DNA of 64,000 nucleotides from the NCBI GenBank assembly GCA_964016885.1, contig OZ024743.1:275218001-275282000 (forward strand), in the 5' to 3' direction. The notes under the pieces were generated by a model. That model did not search any database. It had not been told where the DNA came from and worked only from the letters and a program-made list of their open reading frames with translations. The DNA comes from Eledone cirrhosa (lineage: Eukaryota). A program made the position numbers and the translations under genes. Within the stretch, counting starts at the first letter, position 1; each line of letters opens with the position of its first letter. This document shows, in pieces, positions 13,867 through 28,233 of this stretch.

Positions 13867-13932
13867 TATTTTATCTGATGAAAGCGCACCATAATTTGCC
13901 TTGGTTGCCCTTGAAATATATATAATAAAATA
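13867..13932 (+). ncRNA. Minimal type I hammerhead ribozyme
   Basis: TATTTTAT-CTGATGA-AAG...CTT-GAAA-tatata-TA-ATAAAATA; 8-bp stem I and palindromic stem III. Confidence 0.75.
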
Positions 13933-13970
13933 AATATGGTTTTATAAATATAGTTTCCATATATTAATAT

Positions 13971-14041
<71 letters not shown>

Positions 14042-14130
14042 TCTAAAGAGTTCGACAGCTATTTCCAGACTTGCAGTATCTTCGTCATTTCATCGGGAAC
14101 GTTGCTTATGTGATTGACGTGTCGGTAAAA

Positions 14131-14894
14131 TAATTGTCAATGGTAATGGAATGTATTTATCATCTTAATTTATTGGGGTGTGTGAGTGCGTGCATGCATA
14201 GCGTTCGCCATTTCTGTGGTCGGAGGAGTCAGAAAACTTAGCTGACTTAATTGCAGCCACGAAACCAGCATTGATGCCACCAAAAATCTTTAACATTCTC
14301 GGGCGCCAAAAACCGGCATGGTTATGCCAGTACAAATTTTACATGTCTCTCAACAACAAAAAAAACATTTTCTTTTTAAATTTTCTCGAAAGATCTCAGA
14401 TCAGCTGGTCAGTATTATGATTGTTGTTGTTGTTGTTGTTTCGTGTGTGTATTTGTTGTTGGTTGTTGTGCTAAAAGTTATTTTGCCTTATTTTATGGTA
14501 CAGTTTTATATTTTAATTTATGGTAATTAATATGGTAATTAATATGCATGTATCTACGTGGGTTTGTGTCTGTTTGCATGTGTGAGCGGGTGTTTGTGGA
14601 AGAGAGAGGTGATGTTGATATTTTGTATTTATTTGTTATGCAATATAGTAGGCCTAAGGTGGGTGCCTAAGTGTGCTCGTCTGCCCGCGTACGATTAGTT
14701 ATTGTTACTTTTGTAAATGGATTGCCTGGGTGAGGGTTGTCGGTTTTGTGCTGCAACTGGATTGGTGTTGTGGTGCCTACCTATTTGGGAGTTATCCTAT
14801 TTGGTATAAGTATTGGAAGTGTGGCTTGGGTTGGCATATACGAGGTTGCTTGTGTGCAGGCAAAGGCACCTATATTTCTATAAGGTCGTGTGAT

Positions 14895-14984
<90 letters not shown>

Positions 14985-16144
14985 CATGGCCCCATCTGCG
15001 CAAGTGCTTATGTATGCGCTTGTGCTGGGTGTCTATCTGGGTTCTGGCTCTGGGTGTGGTGTTGTGGATTGTGTGTGCATATGGTTCTCCACCCAAGAAG
15101 TTGACATAGGTGAATGACATTAGTATGGTAATTTTAAATCCTAATTCCTGGAAGAATCTGATTAGATGTTTGCGTACCCGGTCCGTACTGCTGGGGTTAT
15201 ATCCGGTCAGGATTACATGCCCGTCGTCTCAGTATAGGCACCCTCCGAGAGCTGGGAACCTTTCAATTGATTTCTGGAATATATACAAGCATATTAGGTC
15301 TGTAACCTCCCGAATCGGTTGGTCCCATAGTATCATCGAAGGGTGAATTTGGGGAACGTTTTATCCAGGTTGTATTTTCAAAGAACAAAACAGTCTTCCT
15401 GGCATGGAATATAAAGACAATTTCCTGATCACTGATTGGTGTGATATTTCGGACGTAATTAATCGTGGCCGCCAGGGGTGGTTGAGTTATTGAGGTACAG
15501 TAATTTTCGATAATTGAATGCATTTGGTGTTCTCCTTATCAGTGATACCTTGAAACCAGGATATGACCTCTTGTGTGTTAGTCCATAAGCTGAGCCTTGC
15601 ACGCTGCTTCACCCGGGGTATGATTTTATCCAGGATCCTTTTAGTGATTCTCACTATGTCGGACTTCTTCTGGTTAATGAGCCGGATGGTTTGCGGTCGA
15701 AGTCCGTTTTATGGTTCTTGAGAGTGAAATAAGGTTCAGTTCGATGATGAATGCTGAGGTTGGAAGCGATATTGTGTCCCTCAGTATTGATCTCCTGGAT
15801 CATACGTGGCTTGGACTTTCTGTAAGAGAAGGTCAGGCTGTTTTTAATCAGAGAATAGTAACTATCTTTGTTGTCAAAGTGTAAGTTATCGGTTTTGTCG
15901 GAATGCACGAGGATGTCGTCGATGTTTCGGTACTCGCGTATCTTATTGCAGAGTTGTTGGGATCGGTTGGTGCTTGAAGTTAACTCATTTGGCCAGGTTG
16001 AATAAGTCGGCCTCGAAAAGCGAAAAGCCGGCTGAGTTTTCTGACCACTCGGACCACAGAAATGATGAACGCCATACATAATGCACTCACATACCCCTAT
16101 AAATCAAGATGATAAATACATTCCATTTCCCATTGACAATTGTT
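14131..16144 (-). mobile_element. Decayed Penelope-like retroelement bounded by about 115-bp diverged inverted repeats
   Basis: 14131-14248 is the reverse complement of 16025-16144, with RT remnants between them. Confidence 0.65.
15020..16000 (-). pseudogene. PLE reverse transcriptase remnant
   Basis: SDKTDN, YFTLKNHKTDF, IFHARKTVLF and FDDTMGPTD resemble PLE RT motifs ADKT, ITLKDHK and FDVTMGSxD. Frameshifted. Confidence 0.75.
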
Positions 16145-16230
16145 CAACTTCACATAATACTTACCGCACCACAACACCACAGTTCTCCTTATCCATCCCA
16201 ACATAAGTCATGAAACACATAGACACCCAT

Positions 16231-16262
<32 letters not shown>

Positions 16263-16319
16263 ACACACACACATACACACTGTTTGTCAACATTCTGGAA
16301 CTAGCTGACGAAACGGCAA

Positions 16320-16427
16320 GAGCTCAACCGTCGAACTCTTTCTAATATAGTCATACTCTACTATTCCAAGTAACTCTGTTACTAGTTTAATACTGATATG
16401 TATATATTTGTGTGTGTGTGTTCATGC

Positions 16428-16509
<82 letters not shown>

Positions 16510-16617
16510 GCATGAACACACACACACAAATATATACATATCAGTATTAAACTAGTAACAGAGTTACTTGGAATAGTAGAGTATGACTATATTAGAAAGA
16601 GTTCGACGGTTGAGCTC
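16320..16617. repeat. About 117-bp near-perfect palindrome centred on a (TA)n tract
   Basis: Arms 16320-16436 and 16501-16617. Confidence 0.9.
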
Positions 16618-16812
16618 AAGTTAAAACAATGAAATAAAAATTCAAGTCATTAGGAAAATACTTCACTGCTTTACGATCGTTTCTAGGTGATAATAATACA
16701 TCGTACGCATATTTCGTTATCGATCTATGTAAGGTTAGTTACAAAATATCAGATAAGGAGAATATATATATATATAAATATAGAGAGAGAGAGGGAGAGA
16801 CAGGTAAATGTG

Positions 16813-16901
<89 letters not shown>

Positions 16902-16935
16902 AGTAAGAATATTTTCGAAACAGCGAGTGGGTTTG

Positions 16936-17298
16936 AAATTATTAGAAATGTAAGCTATCGCCGTATTTGAACTAAAGAAATTAAAGGAATTATTTAGCCT
17001 GATAGTGGGTTAAGAACCCTCGGAGAAATGGAAAAAGATGAATATTGACGTACATGAGAGTCGAACCCACATCTTTGGTTATCCGGGCCACTGTGATACC
17101 ATTTACACCAACACATGGTGTGTTGGTGTAAATGGTATCACAGTGGTCCGGATAACCAAAGATGTGGGTTCGACTCTCATGTACGTCAATATTCATCTTT
17201 TTCCATTTCTCCGAGGGTTCTTCACCCACTATCAGGCTAAATAATTCCTTTAATTTCTTTAGTCCAAATACGGCGATAGCTTACATTTCTAATAATTT
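16936..17298. mobile_element. Head-to-head palindrome of a tRNA-headed SINE-like element
   Basis: 180-bp arms with a 3-nt loop. A box TGGTGTAAATGG and B box GGTTCGACTC in the right arm (about 17124-17177). Confidence 0.8.
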
Positions 17299-17353
17299 AT
17301 ATATATATATATATATATATATAATTATGTAATAAACAACATAAGGCAATTAT

Positions 17354-17411
17354 TCCATTTACCAGTGGTTTCTTAAAAGCAAAAAAATTTGCTTTCAATC
17401 ATCAGAATGAA
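17354..17411 (-). ncRNA. Type I hammerhead ribozyme
   Basis: TTCATT-CTGATGA-11-bp stem II-GAAA-ccactgg-TA-AATGGA. Confidence 0.85.
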
Positions 17412-17549
17412 AAAATCCTGGTGTATTTATTGACATTGGATTCTAAAAACAAAAATGCAATCTATATCTATTAAGCTCTGTTACCTACATAGAGCACACT
17501 TTTTTCCTGGACTTTTCCGACGGAATTACTTCATATATATATATTAACA

Positions 17550-17821
17550 TTCAGTCACTACCATGACTGAATCTTAACCATCCACTAAGTCAGGGTATGT
17601 CCTGCATCATCTTATTTTATCTGATAAGGGCGTACTGTTGAAGATACCTCAGTACCTCTGAAATATGTATAATAAAATATACTTGATTACACGAATGTCT
17701 ATTTTTGTTAATATTTTGAATTAATATTAATAACTCTGGAAAACCAATACTGTTGAGTGCTTCCAACCTATTGTAAAACTTATTCTTTGATTTATTCATT
17801 GAACATTGTTTAACCTTTAAA
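17550..17821 (+). mobile_element. PLE tail with core-mutated HHR (CTGATAA, 17613-17679)
   Basis: Reverse complement of 28003-28290 and similar to 50090-50297; ends at (TA)n. Confidence 0.8.
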
Positions 17822-17847
17822 TATATATATATATATATATAAATATA

Positions 17848-17942
<95 letters not shown>

Positions 17943-17945
<3 letters not shown>

Positions 17946-18229
17946 CCTGGTATGTGTATAAGCATTTCTTGTAACTTTAATTTTATACTTAATTGTGTAT
18001 GGTTGACGATATATTTAATCGATTTCCACGTGCTGTTGAAATGTTGGGTTAATATTCTATGGCGGTTGGCCGCGAAGAGATTGCTGTCGTTTATTTATAT
18101 ATTATTTCTTTATAGGTGCCTTTTAATCTTATAGCCTGGTCTAATTGATTTTTTGTGTGGTTATTATGCTAATTGGGAGAGGAATTGGTGTATATATATT
18201 ATCAAATGGTTCTATGGACATACTTTATA

Positions 18230-18232
<3 letters not shown>
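17943..18232 (+). mobile_element. (TA)n-flanked element of about 290 bp; second copy inverted at 50588-50880
   Basis: Shared GGTTGACGATATATTTAATCGATTTCCACGTGCT and shared termini. Confidence 0.8.
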
Positions 18233-18298
<66 letters not shown>

Positions 18299-18867
18299 TA
18301 GATAGATAGATACATATACAAATATCCCTATATCTATATATCTTAATTTCTTATGATATTTAAAGAGGGGGAAATGGATGATGAAAACCCAAATGACTAG
18401 AAATCGCCAAACTTCTTTCTCGCCGTTGCTTTAGTCAATGTCTTCTTCTCTTCCTCTAGGCCCTACGATGGAGTGAGTAAGTGAGAGAGTAGGAGAGACA
18501 ACGGATATGAATCATATAGAGAATGAAAGAAAGAAAGAAGAACGGTAAGTAATATACACATAAGAAAGAAAGCAAGAAAGAAAGAAAGAAAGAAAGAGAG
18601 AAAGAAAGAAAGAAAGGAAGAAAGAAAGAAAGAAACGAAGAGAGAAAGAAAGGAAGGAAGAAAGGGAATGAGAGAAACGAAAGCGAGAAGGTAAGAACGA
18701 AAGAAAGAAAAGAAGGAAGGGGATATTTATCGACTATACCACCTACTCCGTATAGAAAATTGACCTTGTAACAAGTGAATATAAATCAAGTATTTACGTG
18801 CGTATATTAATGTATGGGTGAGGTGTATATATATATATATATATACACATACAACATACATATATAT

Positions 18868-18900
<33 letters not shown>

Positions 18901-19239
18901 GTATATATATATTATATATATAATTAATATATATATGTATATATCGTGCATATCCGTGTGTGTGTGTGCGTATGTATGTGTGTATGTGCATGTTCGTGCT
19001 TGTGTAAGGTCAATGTGAATAAATACATGTGCATGCATCAATGCACCAGTGCATTTTCCTGAACATAAGTGTAGGTGTAAATTCATATAACATTACAATT
19101 TTATATGTTTGACAACAGATCTCTTTCCGCTTAAGTGTAGAAATATGTGTAATATAATATACATGTGTGTGTGTGTGTGTAAAGGAATGTATATCGATAT
19201 TCGTTATAGATATTTATGTTCTGATATATATATATATTC

Positions 19240-19286
<47 letters not shown>

Positions 19287-19324
19287 CATATATATATATA
19301 CATATATACATGTATATATATATA

Positions 19325-19622
<298 letters not shown>

Positions 19623-19635
19623 ATATATATATATA

Positions 19636-19684
<49 letters not shown>

Positions 19685-19687
19685 GTG

Positions 19688-19736
<49 letters not shown>

Positions 19737-20239
19737 ATATATATATGTATGTATATGTATATATATATATGAGTATTCGTGCGTGAGAGTATGTGTGTTT
19801 TTAAATGATGGATAGATAGATGATAGATGTGTATGCATATATATGTCCGTATGTATATGTGTGCGTATGTATGTGTGAGTTATGAACATGTGTTTACGCT
19901 TAAAATATCTAATAGTTATACCATATATACGGATGTGAAATGTACAGGCCTGTATACATATATATTTATATATATGTATATGAATGCATCTATATATGTA
20001 TACATGGATGTACGTATGTATGTACGTAAATATCTATGTATATATATATATGTATATATATGTATGCATGTATATATGTATGTATGCATGTATATATCTA
20101 AATATGTATGTATGTATCTATGTATGTATAAAGTGTGTGTGCGTTGTGTGTAGGGGGGGGGGGGGTAAAACGTATAAATATAGAACTTTCCTCTCTAACT
20201 AAAAAGAAAAAGAAGAGACCGTCACTGGAATCTTTGTCA

Positions 20240-20705
20240 ACATGTTTCTTAGGCTAAACCTGTACATATATTTTATCGTTCGACTGAAAGACCTAGGATC
20301 AAATATATTACTTTGACCCGCAAACACAATCTTTTCAGAAAGGTGTTTGTTAGACTAAACATCTATCTTTTAGCTTCTCTTTCAAAGATCTAGGATCAAA
20401 TGCTTTTTTCTGAGCCTCTGACAAAGCCTCTCACTTGCATGTTTGTTTTTTAGACCGAACGTCTATATTTTATCGTATCTTCGAAGATCTATTGTGTTAC
20501 TTTGACTCACAAACAAAAGCTTTTCAAACGTGTTTCTTAAAGTGAATGTCGATATTTTATCGTCTCTGTCAAAGAGCTTGAATCAAGTATTTCACTTTGA
20601 ATCGAAAACAAGCTTTTCAAAAACATGTTTGTTGGACTGAACGTGTATAATATTTCATCGTCAGCATCAGAGAGCTAAGATCAAATATTTTATTTTGACC
20701 TGTAA
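20240..20705. repeat. Degenerate tandem array, about 5 units of 90-100 bp
   Basis: Recurring TGTTT.TTAGAC..AAC...TATTTTATCGT...GATCAAAT..TTTGAC. Confidence 0.7.
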
Positions 20706-22829
20706 AAAAACCTGGTCTGGGCGCATAACTGAATACGTCATTAACATTATTTACTACTAATCGTTGTTAAAGCGTGGAAGAAAATACTCTGAGTTATTTA
20801 TTCTGGCTCTTTGCCTTCTGAATTTAAATCCCGCTGACCAGCTTCTTTCATCGTGGTCGTTAAAATAAAGTAGCAGTCAAATACTAGGGTCGGTATAATT
20901 GACTGTTCTCTTACTCCCAAACATGAAGCCTTGCGCTTACATAAAAAATCAATATTATTTTTTATTAGAAAGAACAGTTGGTGGATTGGCAGTATCTGTC
21001 AAGCTGTGCGTGTGCGGCGATGTTTAGTTGCTGTTCTTTCGTTCTGAGATCGAATTCGACTGTGGCTTTGATTTTCATTGATTTTCATCTTTCTAGGGGT
21101 CGATGAAATTAGCACCAGTAATATACTGAAGCTTGAGACCTTGTTTTCATTTAGAAATCATTACTTTTATCGATACTGTATGGTAGAAAGGGAAATGTAG
21201 AGTTGATCACCAACTGAGATATATAATGGAACGAATGAAAGATTTTTATATCATATTCATTTAAAATTATACATTTATAAGTACGACAATAAAAAGAAAA
21301 TGTGAAAAAAAAAACCTACATAGATCAGATTACGTATCTGTTGTACACCGGTCGACCTCTTTATTGACTACACGACAGGGTCTCTGGGTAATTTGAACTA
21401 TCAATTTAACTATCAATTGAAATTAGACATTCAGTCAGAGAGGTAGATTTGATAGATTTATAAGTGTGTATGTATGAGTGTGTGTGTGTGTATGAGTGTG
21501 TGTGTATGTATGAGTGTGTGTGTATGTATGTATGTTATCCGTTCAGGTTCTAAGAAATTCCTGTGCGTGAATCTGATTATAGTGGACGTGACCTACACAG
21601 AACCATGCCCACTTTCCAAACAGGTCGCAGTTTGCCCATGACTGGTTTATATTATAGTTATATACTATTCGTGTTCTGGGGTTTGCTTCTGTCATAAACA
21701 TAGTGGAATTTCAGTGTGATTCTAGACTGTGTTAAACAGGTCTTAAGTGATTCCTTCTCCCACACATGTAACATCTGGGTTTGCTTACTCTGCACTATCA
21801 ATATGTACGCTTTCCCGCCTGTTCCAACACCAGGGTAGAGTTTTACGACAGCTTTGTGGTCTACGAGCATTGCGAGAACTTACAGCGCTATACAAACAAT
21901 ATGTGTCCTACACATCTTCCGTACTGTTCCGCAACGTCTATGGCCTTGGACCTTGTGTTGCGTCTCTCTATATACGTCGACACCAGCCTATGGGCATATA
22001 TGTTATACCATCTGTTCTTGCCGTCTCATCTAGTTCTCGGTCTTAAAGACCAAGCACAAACTTCTATATGCTTTTTCCTGGTCGATAGAATACTTATCGT
22101 TCCACCAAAGTGAGTAGGGCTTAATCTACTGCTTCTTTGAAGGCATATGAAAATTCCCTCGATTTTTTTTCTTGGAAATCAGAGATATGTTAATTTCCTC
22201 CATGTCCTTTCCTTGGGGAAATCCTCGAGGGAGGGGGTGTCATTGTTATTGTAACAGACTTCTTCCTTGTTTTGGGGGTATGTTTTTTTTCATGAAGGTT
22301 ACTTATGTCCAATTTTTCTCAATGGCTCATAACGCCAGAAAAATTATTGTTGTTGCCTTTGTTTTGAAATCATTAACATTATCTCTGCTTTTTACATATA
22401 TAATTGCAAACGTTTTAACAACTCTGTTCAATTGTCATCATTTTTTCTATTTATTATTTTTTAGATGTGTTTTTGCTTGCAAAATGTTTAACTTCTTAGA
22501 GACTTACTCGTTGCCCCATGTCTCAATCAAGCTGAAGAAACCATATTAAATTACGAGTAAACAACGTTAGCAAAATATATTAAATATCTAAGACAAACCT
22601 TATCTAAGACAAACCAAAATATATTAAATATCTAAGACAAACCTCACCTAAGGTGAGGAAGTGGGCATTTAAATGTCCTAAATCACCTTGTTAGCAAAAT
22701 AAACGGATTTTTTTTTTTCATCAATTAAAAGATGGTGAAATCCAAATTTTCTCCGGGGCTGTTTTAAAGTCAAGACCAACAATAATGGTTAATAATTTTG
22801 AAAAAAAAGACCAATAATTTTGGAGAGAC

Positions 22830-23140
22830 GAGAAAGTCGATTAAATCGATCCAGTACTTTACTGCTAAATGTTATCGACCTCAGAACGATGAATAACAAG
22901 ACAAGGTTAACTTCGGTGGGATATGAACCCAGAATGTAAAGTTCCAGAACAAATACCGCAAAACATTTTATCCGATGCTCCAACGATTCTACTAATCCTC
23001 CGCTCTTTATCGACCCCAGAACGATGAATGATAAAACAAAGTTGACCTCGGTGAGATTGGAACCCAGAACGTAAAGTCCCAGAACAAATGCCGCAGATCA
23101 CTTTATCCGATGCTCTAACGATTCTACCAATCCTCTGCTC
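22830..23140 (-). mobile_element. Tandem partial copies of the tRNA-derived SINE
   Basis: About 130-bp duplicated unit TTATCGACC...GAACCCAGAA...TTTATCCGATGCTC. Confidence 0.7.
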
Positions 23141-23529
23141 TTTATTGAATTGAAATAAAAAATAAATGAAAGGTGAGAAGATGTAAATAAAAGTAATATA
23201 AGTTATGATAACAGCTCAAGTTTTTGTATAAGCAGTAAGTGATTCTTTCGTTGTAATTTTACTTAACATTTTGAATTGCATACGAATGTCTACATATTAA
23301 TGTACCAGCTTGAAGGTTGTGGATACGTGTGTCTGTTTTTGTGTGGTTGTGTATGTTTGTGTGTGTGTATCTGTGTATGCATATGTGTGCATGTGTCTGT
23401 GCGTGCATGCGTGCGTGGGTATCTCAAACGATTATACATATCAAGCCTCTGTCATCAAATTTGTAAACCAACGCCGGTGTGTATATATATTTGTGTGTGT
23501 TTGTCTATATGTGTATATATATAACCATA

Positions 23530-23560
<31 letters not shown>

Positions 23561-23599
23561 ATGCAAATGGCAAACAGAAATAACAAAGCCAACGACACA

Positions 23600-23684
<85 letters not shown>

Positions 23685-24328
23685 CACGCATATATATATA
23701 TATATACGCATATATATAGCGATAGGGAGGGGGAGAGAGAGAGAAAAATAGAGAGAGACAAAGAGAGAGAGACATGCACACACGCACATACATCTGAACA
23801 CGGGTGACGTTCACACACGCACTTGTGTGTGTATGATCAGCTGGAGCTGGCGGCTGGCGTGCGAGGAGCACAAGGATTTTTATCTCTGAAATAAAAACAC
23901 GGATAAGGCCCTAAACTAATATTATTAGAAGATCTCAAAAGTTTCAATCCTTAACAAAACATGCCTGTTAAAATGTATTCATTGAAAACCTATTGGCACC
24001 TTTAGACCGTGCGGATCGGTTTTCAACGTTGATATTTTCTGAAATACACCGGAGATTTTCATTACACAACATATACAACAATTCCGATGAACCTTTCTCA
24101 GTCTATACACTCTCCCTTCCTCCAGCCCTCTCTCGTGCCATACATACACATACACACATACACACACACACAAAACACACACACAAACACACACATACAT
24201 ATATATATATATATAGAGAGAGAAAGAGGATAGATAGATAGAGAGAGAGAGAGAGAGAATTAGAATTTAGCTTCGAGCATAGCTGTATAAAGATATGTAT
24301 TGGACATTTGTATATGAAGCTGTATAAA

Positions 24329-24361
<33 letters not shown>

Positions 24362-24559
24362 GTTCATATTCGGAATAAAGGCGCTACCCAAGGTTCCAGG
24401 GTCCAAACAAGATGCATCATAATAGTGACCGTAAAGGTCTTGTATTCTGGAGGTATGGTTAAATTTGGGCCTTGAATCCTTAGGTAGCACTGTTCTTCTG
24501 TGTATGAAGATAAATAAGTGTTATAATATTTCTGCTCTCTTTCCTTTTCACATCTACGA

Positions 24560-24666
<107 letters not shown>

Positions 24667-25149
24667 CTATAGATTTAGATAAATGGACACTCAGTCAGTC
24701 AGACAGATAGATAGGTAGAGAGGTAGATTTGGTAGATTTATATGGGTGTATGTATGAGTTTGTGTGTATGTATATATGTATGTATGTTATCCATTCGGGT
24801 TCTAATAAATTCCTGTACGTGAATTTGATTATAGAGGACGTGACTTACACAGAACCATGTCCACTTTTCAAACAAAATCAGCAAGAAAAGCCAATGGCTC
24901 AGTATAGGGTGGGACGCCCACCAACTGATTCACCTTCAGGATTTCTACCAGAGTTTCCTTCTAATAAATGTTTGGATGGTCGTTGACTCTTAAGAGTTCT
25001 TCCGCCCTTTGACGGGATTTGTTTTTCCTCCCGCATGATATCCAAAAAATGACCTCCCTCATCAAGCTAGCTTGGTGGGGTTACCAGTTTAGTCACCGAC
25101 GACTCAGCCATTCGACAGGTCGTACTGGATTACATGTTACCAGTATGCT

Positions 25150-26284
25150 CGTTGCTTTGTTAAAAATATTCACCAACACCGATGTAGGCATATATATAAT
25201 TTATCGAACACGAAGACTTTTTAACATCCCACGATTCCTTGCTACATCAAAAACATATATTGCTCTGATATGTGATGTATTTTATGAAGAGGACTGTGAT
25301 CTTATTAGCCACACACCTTCAACTTCTTATGGATTGTTTCTCAGCAACATGTGATGAGTTTGTGCTCACAATCAGCCTGAAAAAGACAGCGGGGATGTAC
25401 CAGAATACTCACGAAATGTCATATATTCCACCATCCATATCTTTCAAAGGGAGAATATTTAAGGTTTTGGATAAGTTCATCTGCCTGGGTAGTACTCCTC
25501 CAGAACCAGCACACTTGATGAAGAGGTAAGCCAATGGCTGTCCAGAGCTTCCGATACTTTTGGTAAGTTTAAGAAACGTCTGTGATCACAATCAGATATC
25601 AGTGAGCGCCGAAAGTTGAAGTGTATCAAGCATGTGTACTTACAGTCTTGCTGTGTGGATTTGAATCATGGATAGCACACTGTGAGAATACCCAGCGTCT
25701 CGAACGTTTCCATCAACAATGCTGTGCATCATCTTCAAGATTTCATAAGGTTTCATACATCAGACACAGATGTGCTGCAGCAGGCATGTCTGCCAGATAT
25801 CAAGCCCAGTGGGGAAATATGATTGCTACCGGTGTTAAGGAATTTGAAAAGAAGCAGAGGGTCTATGCTGAACTGAAGTGAGTAGATAAAATATGAGATA
25901 TGTTAGTCCGCTCCCAGAATGAGATTCGAAAAAAAAAACTCTTATCTGTGAGGGATGTGGTCGTATATGTACGTTAAAGGCTTATCTAAGTCATAGCAGT
26001 TGTTATACTCATTTGAGTACCCCATACACCTTGATTTTGTATGTAGCAGCTGTACCAAAGTATATCACACTGCAGGTAGGTTAACACTACACCTCAAAAC
26101 ATTCCACTGTAAACACCAGAAGGCTGGGAACTTAGCTGCACACTGTATGTAAGTCACTTCCTGGTTTGATGAGCCATCTAAGGCGACATCTAAGGCGACA
26201 TCTAAGGCGACATCTAAGGCAACATCAATAACACGTTGGTGCCAAAAAAGTGGCCATATTCAGACATAAGTTGGCTTCCACTCT
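25150..26284 (+). pseudogene. RTE-clade LINE remnant (RT C-terminus to 3' end)
   Basis: GIYIIYRTRRLFN, LQLLMDCFSATCDEFVLTISLKKT, KFICLGST, YQACVLTVLLCGFESW and LERFHQQC. Ends at a (GTAT)n tract. Confidence 0.8.
26176..26224. repeat. 12-bp tandem repeat CATCTAAGGCGA x4
   Basis: Direct inspection. Confidence 0.9.
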
Positions 26285-26859
26285 GTATGTATGTATGTAT
26301 TTATGTATGCATGTATGTATGTATGTATGTATGTATGTATGTTCATCTGGTTTTATTATTTCACAAATTTTTACCAATAGAGAGAGTCGGTTTCTAACAT
26401 AGACACAAGACTCTCTCATTGGAATTTACACATCAACTAGGTAGATTATGTATGTATGCATGTGTAGATTTGGGTGTTATTGTATGTGTGGATGTGGATG
26501 TTTTGAGTTGTATGTGTGCATGTGTATATGCTTTGTATCTGTACATGTGTATATTCAGTTATTAGACTCAAAATTTTTGGAATGTTTTACATATTTTTAC
26601 TGTTCCATTAATGGATTGTACTTGTAATTGTACGTATGTATGTATGTATGTATGTATGTATGTATGTATGTATGTATGTATGTATGTATGTATGTATGTA
26701 TGTATGTATGAAGAACTCATAAGAGTCAACGGCCATCCAAAAATGTGTAAATATGTATATACATGTATGCATGTGTATATATGTGTATATATGTATATAT
26801 GTATATATGTATATATGTATATACATGGGTGCATGTGTATGTATATGCGCGGGGACATA

Positions 26860-27200
26860 GAAATAATCGGGCTGGATACCCGATCGTGCGGTTAAACCAC
26901 TGGGAGTGAAGGACCCCTAGCCTTTGTCAGGGCCTTCTTCTAGAAGGCAACTCAGGAAGCTGGGATAACTTGGATATAAAACCTGCGGCTCAGTAGTTAC
27001 CGATGATGTTGATCTTTTCTTCTTTTCGGGTTATAGCTACTGTCGTTCAGGGAGTGGGATTGGCTCGGTGCACAGTCTTTCCTCACTTTTAAAAAAATCT
27101 TCACGCACAGGTATTGCACCATAGCATTAATTGATAATTATTAATAATGTTATATCGTGGAATGGCCATACTCAATAACGAGGGGACAGCCATCATCCAT
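26860..27200 (+). mobile_element. Short non-autonomous RTE-related element
   Basis: Similar to 60150-60550; ends in the same stem-loop plus CAGCCATCAT as the RTE at 39827-39860. Confidence 0.6.
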
Positions 27201-27949
27201 GTATTTATGTATGTAAGGTTCATCTTAGCAAACTTTTCGAACCTCGATAATTGTATAGTCCCAAATCTGAAACAGCAGTTTGTTTTTGTTGTTTTTTGTT
27301 TGTTTGTTTTTTTTGTTGTTGTTGTTATTTTTTTGTTTATTTTTGTTTGTTTGTTTTGGCAGGGGCGGGGGGTTTAACGTTTCATTACATTAGTAGTTTC
27401 CCTTGAAGTTTGATATATTAGGATTTTATTTTATATATTGACACAATGTACACTATTCTTTCCCAGTTTGAATTACTCCTTTGGTTAAAATTCTTCCCCT
27501 GGGAGTTTAATGCCTTCCGTTTGAGAATCACCGAAGCGAGACAGATCAATAAAAATGAAAAAAAAATTCAGATTTAGAGCAAACATATATTTATATATAA
27601 GTACAGCTAAACCGAGGAGACACTTGAAAATGAAATCAAGGCATCTATTAATATAAATGTTTCATATAATGTATTCTATCTACGAATATATTATATATTA
27701 ATTTCAATGTGAGGCTCTATTATATTTTAAAGTGTCTTCTCGTGTTAGCTGTTCTTCTTAAATATAGTTTTATTTTTATTGAACTTTCTCGATAATCACT
27801 TTGCACCCCAAATATATTTTCGAGATATGAAATATTTTCAATCACTTATATACATGTGTGTCTGTGTGTGTGTGTGTGTGCAAAAAGTAAATAAAAATAA
27901 AACCAACGGCACAATACAATGAAGTATTATATTAGTTTAATGCTTTATA

Positions 27950-28007
<58 letters not shown>

Positions 28008-28166
28008 AAGGTTAAACAAAGTTCAATGAATAAATCATAAAGGTTAATCAAGGTTCAATGAATAAAGTTTTACAATAGATTAGAAGCACTCCACAGTATT
28101 GGTTTTCCAGAGTTATTAATATTAATTCAAAATATTAACAAAAATAGACATTCGTGTAATCAAGTA

Positions 28167-28233
28167 TATTTTATTATACATATTTCAGAGGTACTGAGCT
28201 ATCTTCAACAGTACGTCCTCATCAGATAAAATA
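28167..28233 (-). ncRNA. Minimal type I hammerhead ribozyme
   Basis: TATTTTAT-CTGATGA-ggacGTACTG..CAGTACctct-GAAA-tatgta-TA-ATAAAATA. Confidence 0.75.

Larger units (their letters stand above)
13603..13970. mobile_element. (TA)n-inserted fold-back element carrying an HHR in each arm
   Basis: Arms about 13700-13828 and 13841-13970, near perfect. Confidence 0.85.

Noticed and set aside
17119-17185. Possible tRNA gene
   Set aside because: Acceptor and anticodon arms are poor and it is attached to a SINE-like body.
20240-20705. Repeat array as CRISPR-like
   Set aside because: Whole units are homologous with no unique spacers; eukaryotic context and no cas genes.
23792-23885. Alternative Cys-rich frame with in-frame TGA read as selenocysteine
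   Set aside because: Another frame is fully open, and no SECIS element or homology is evident.
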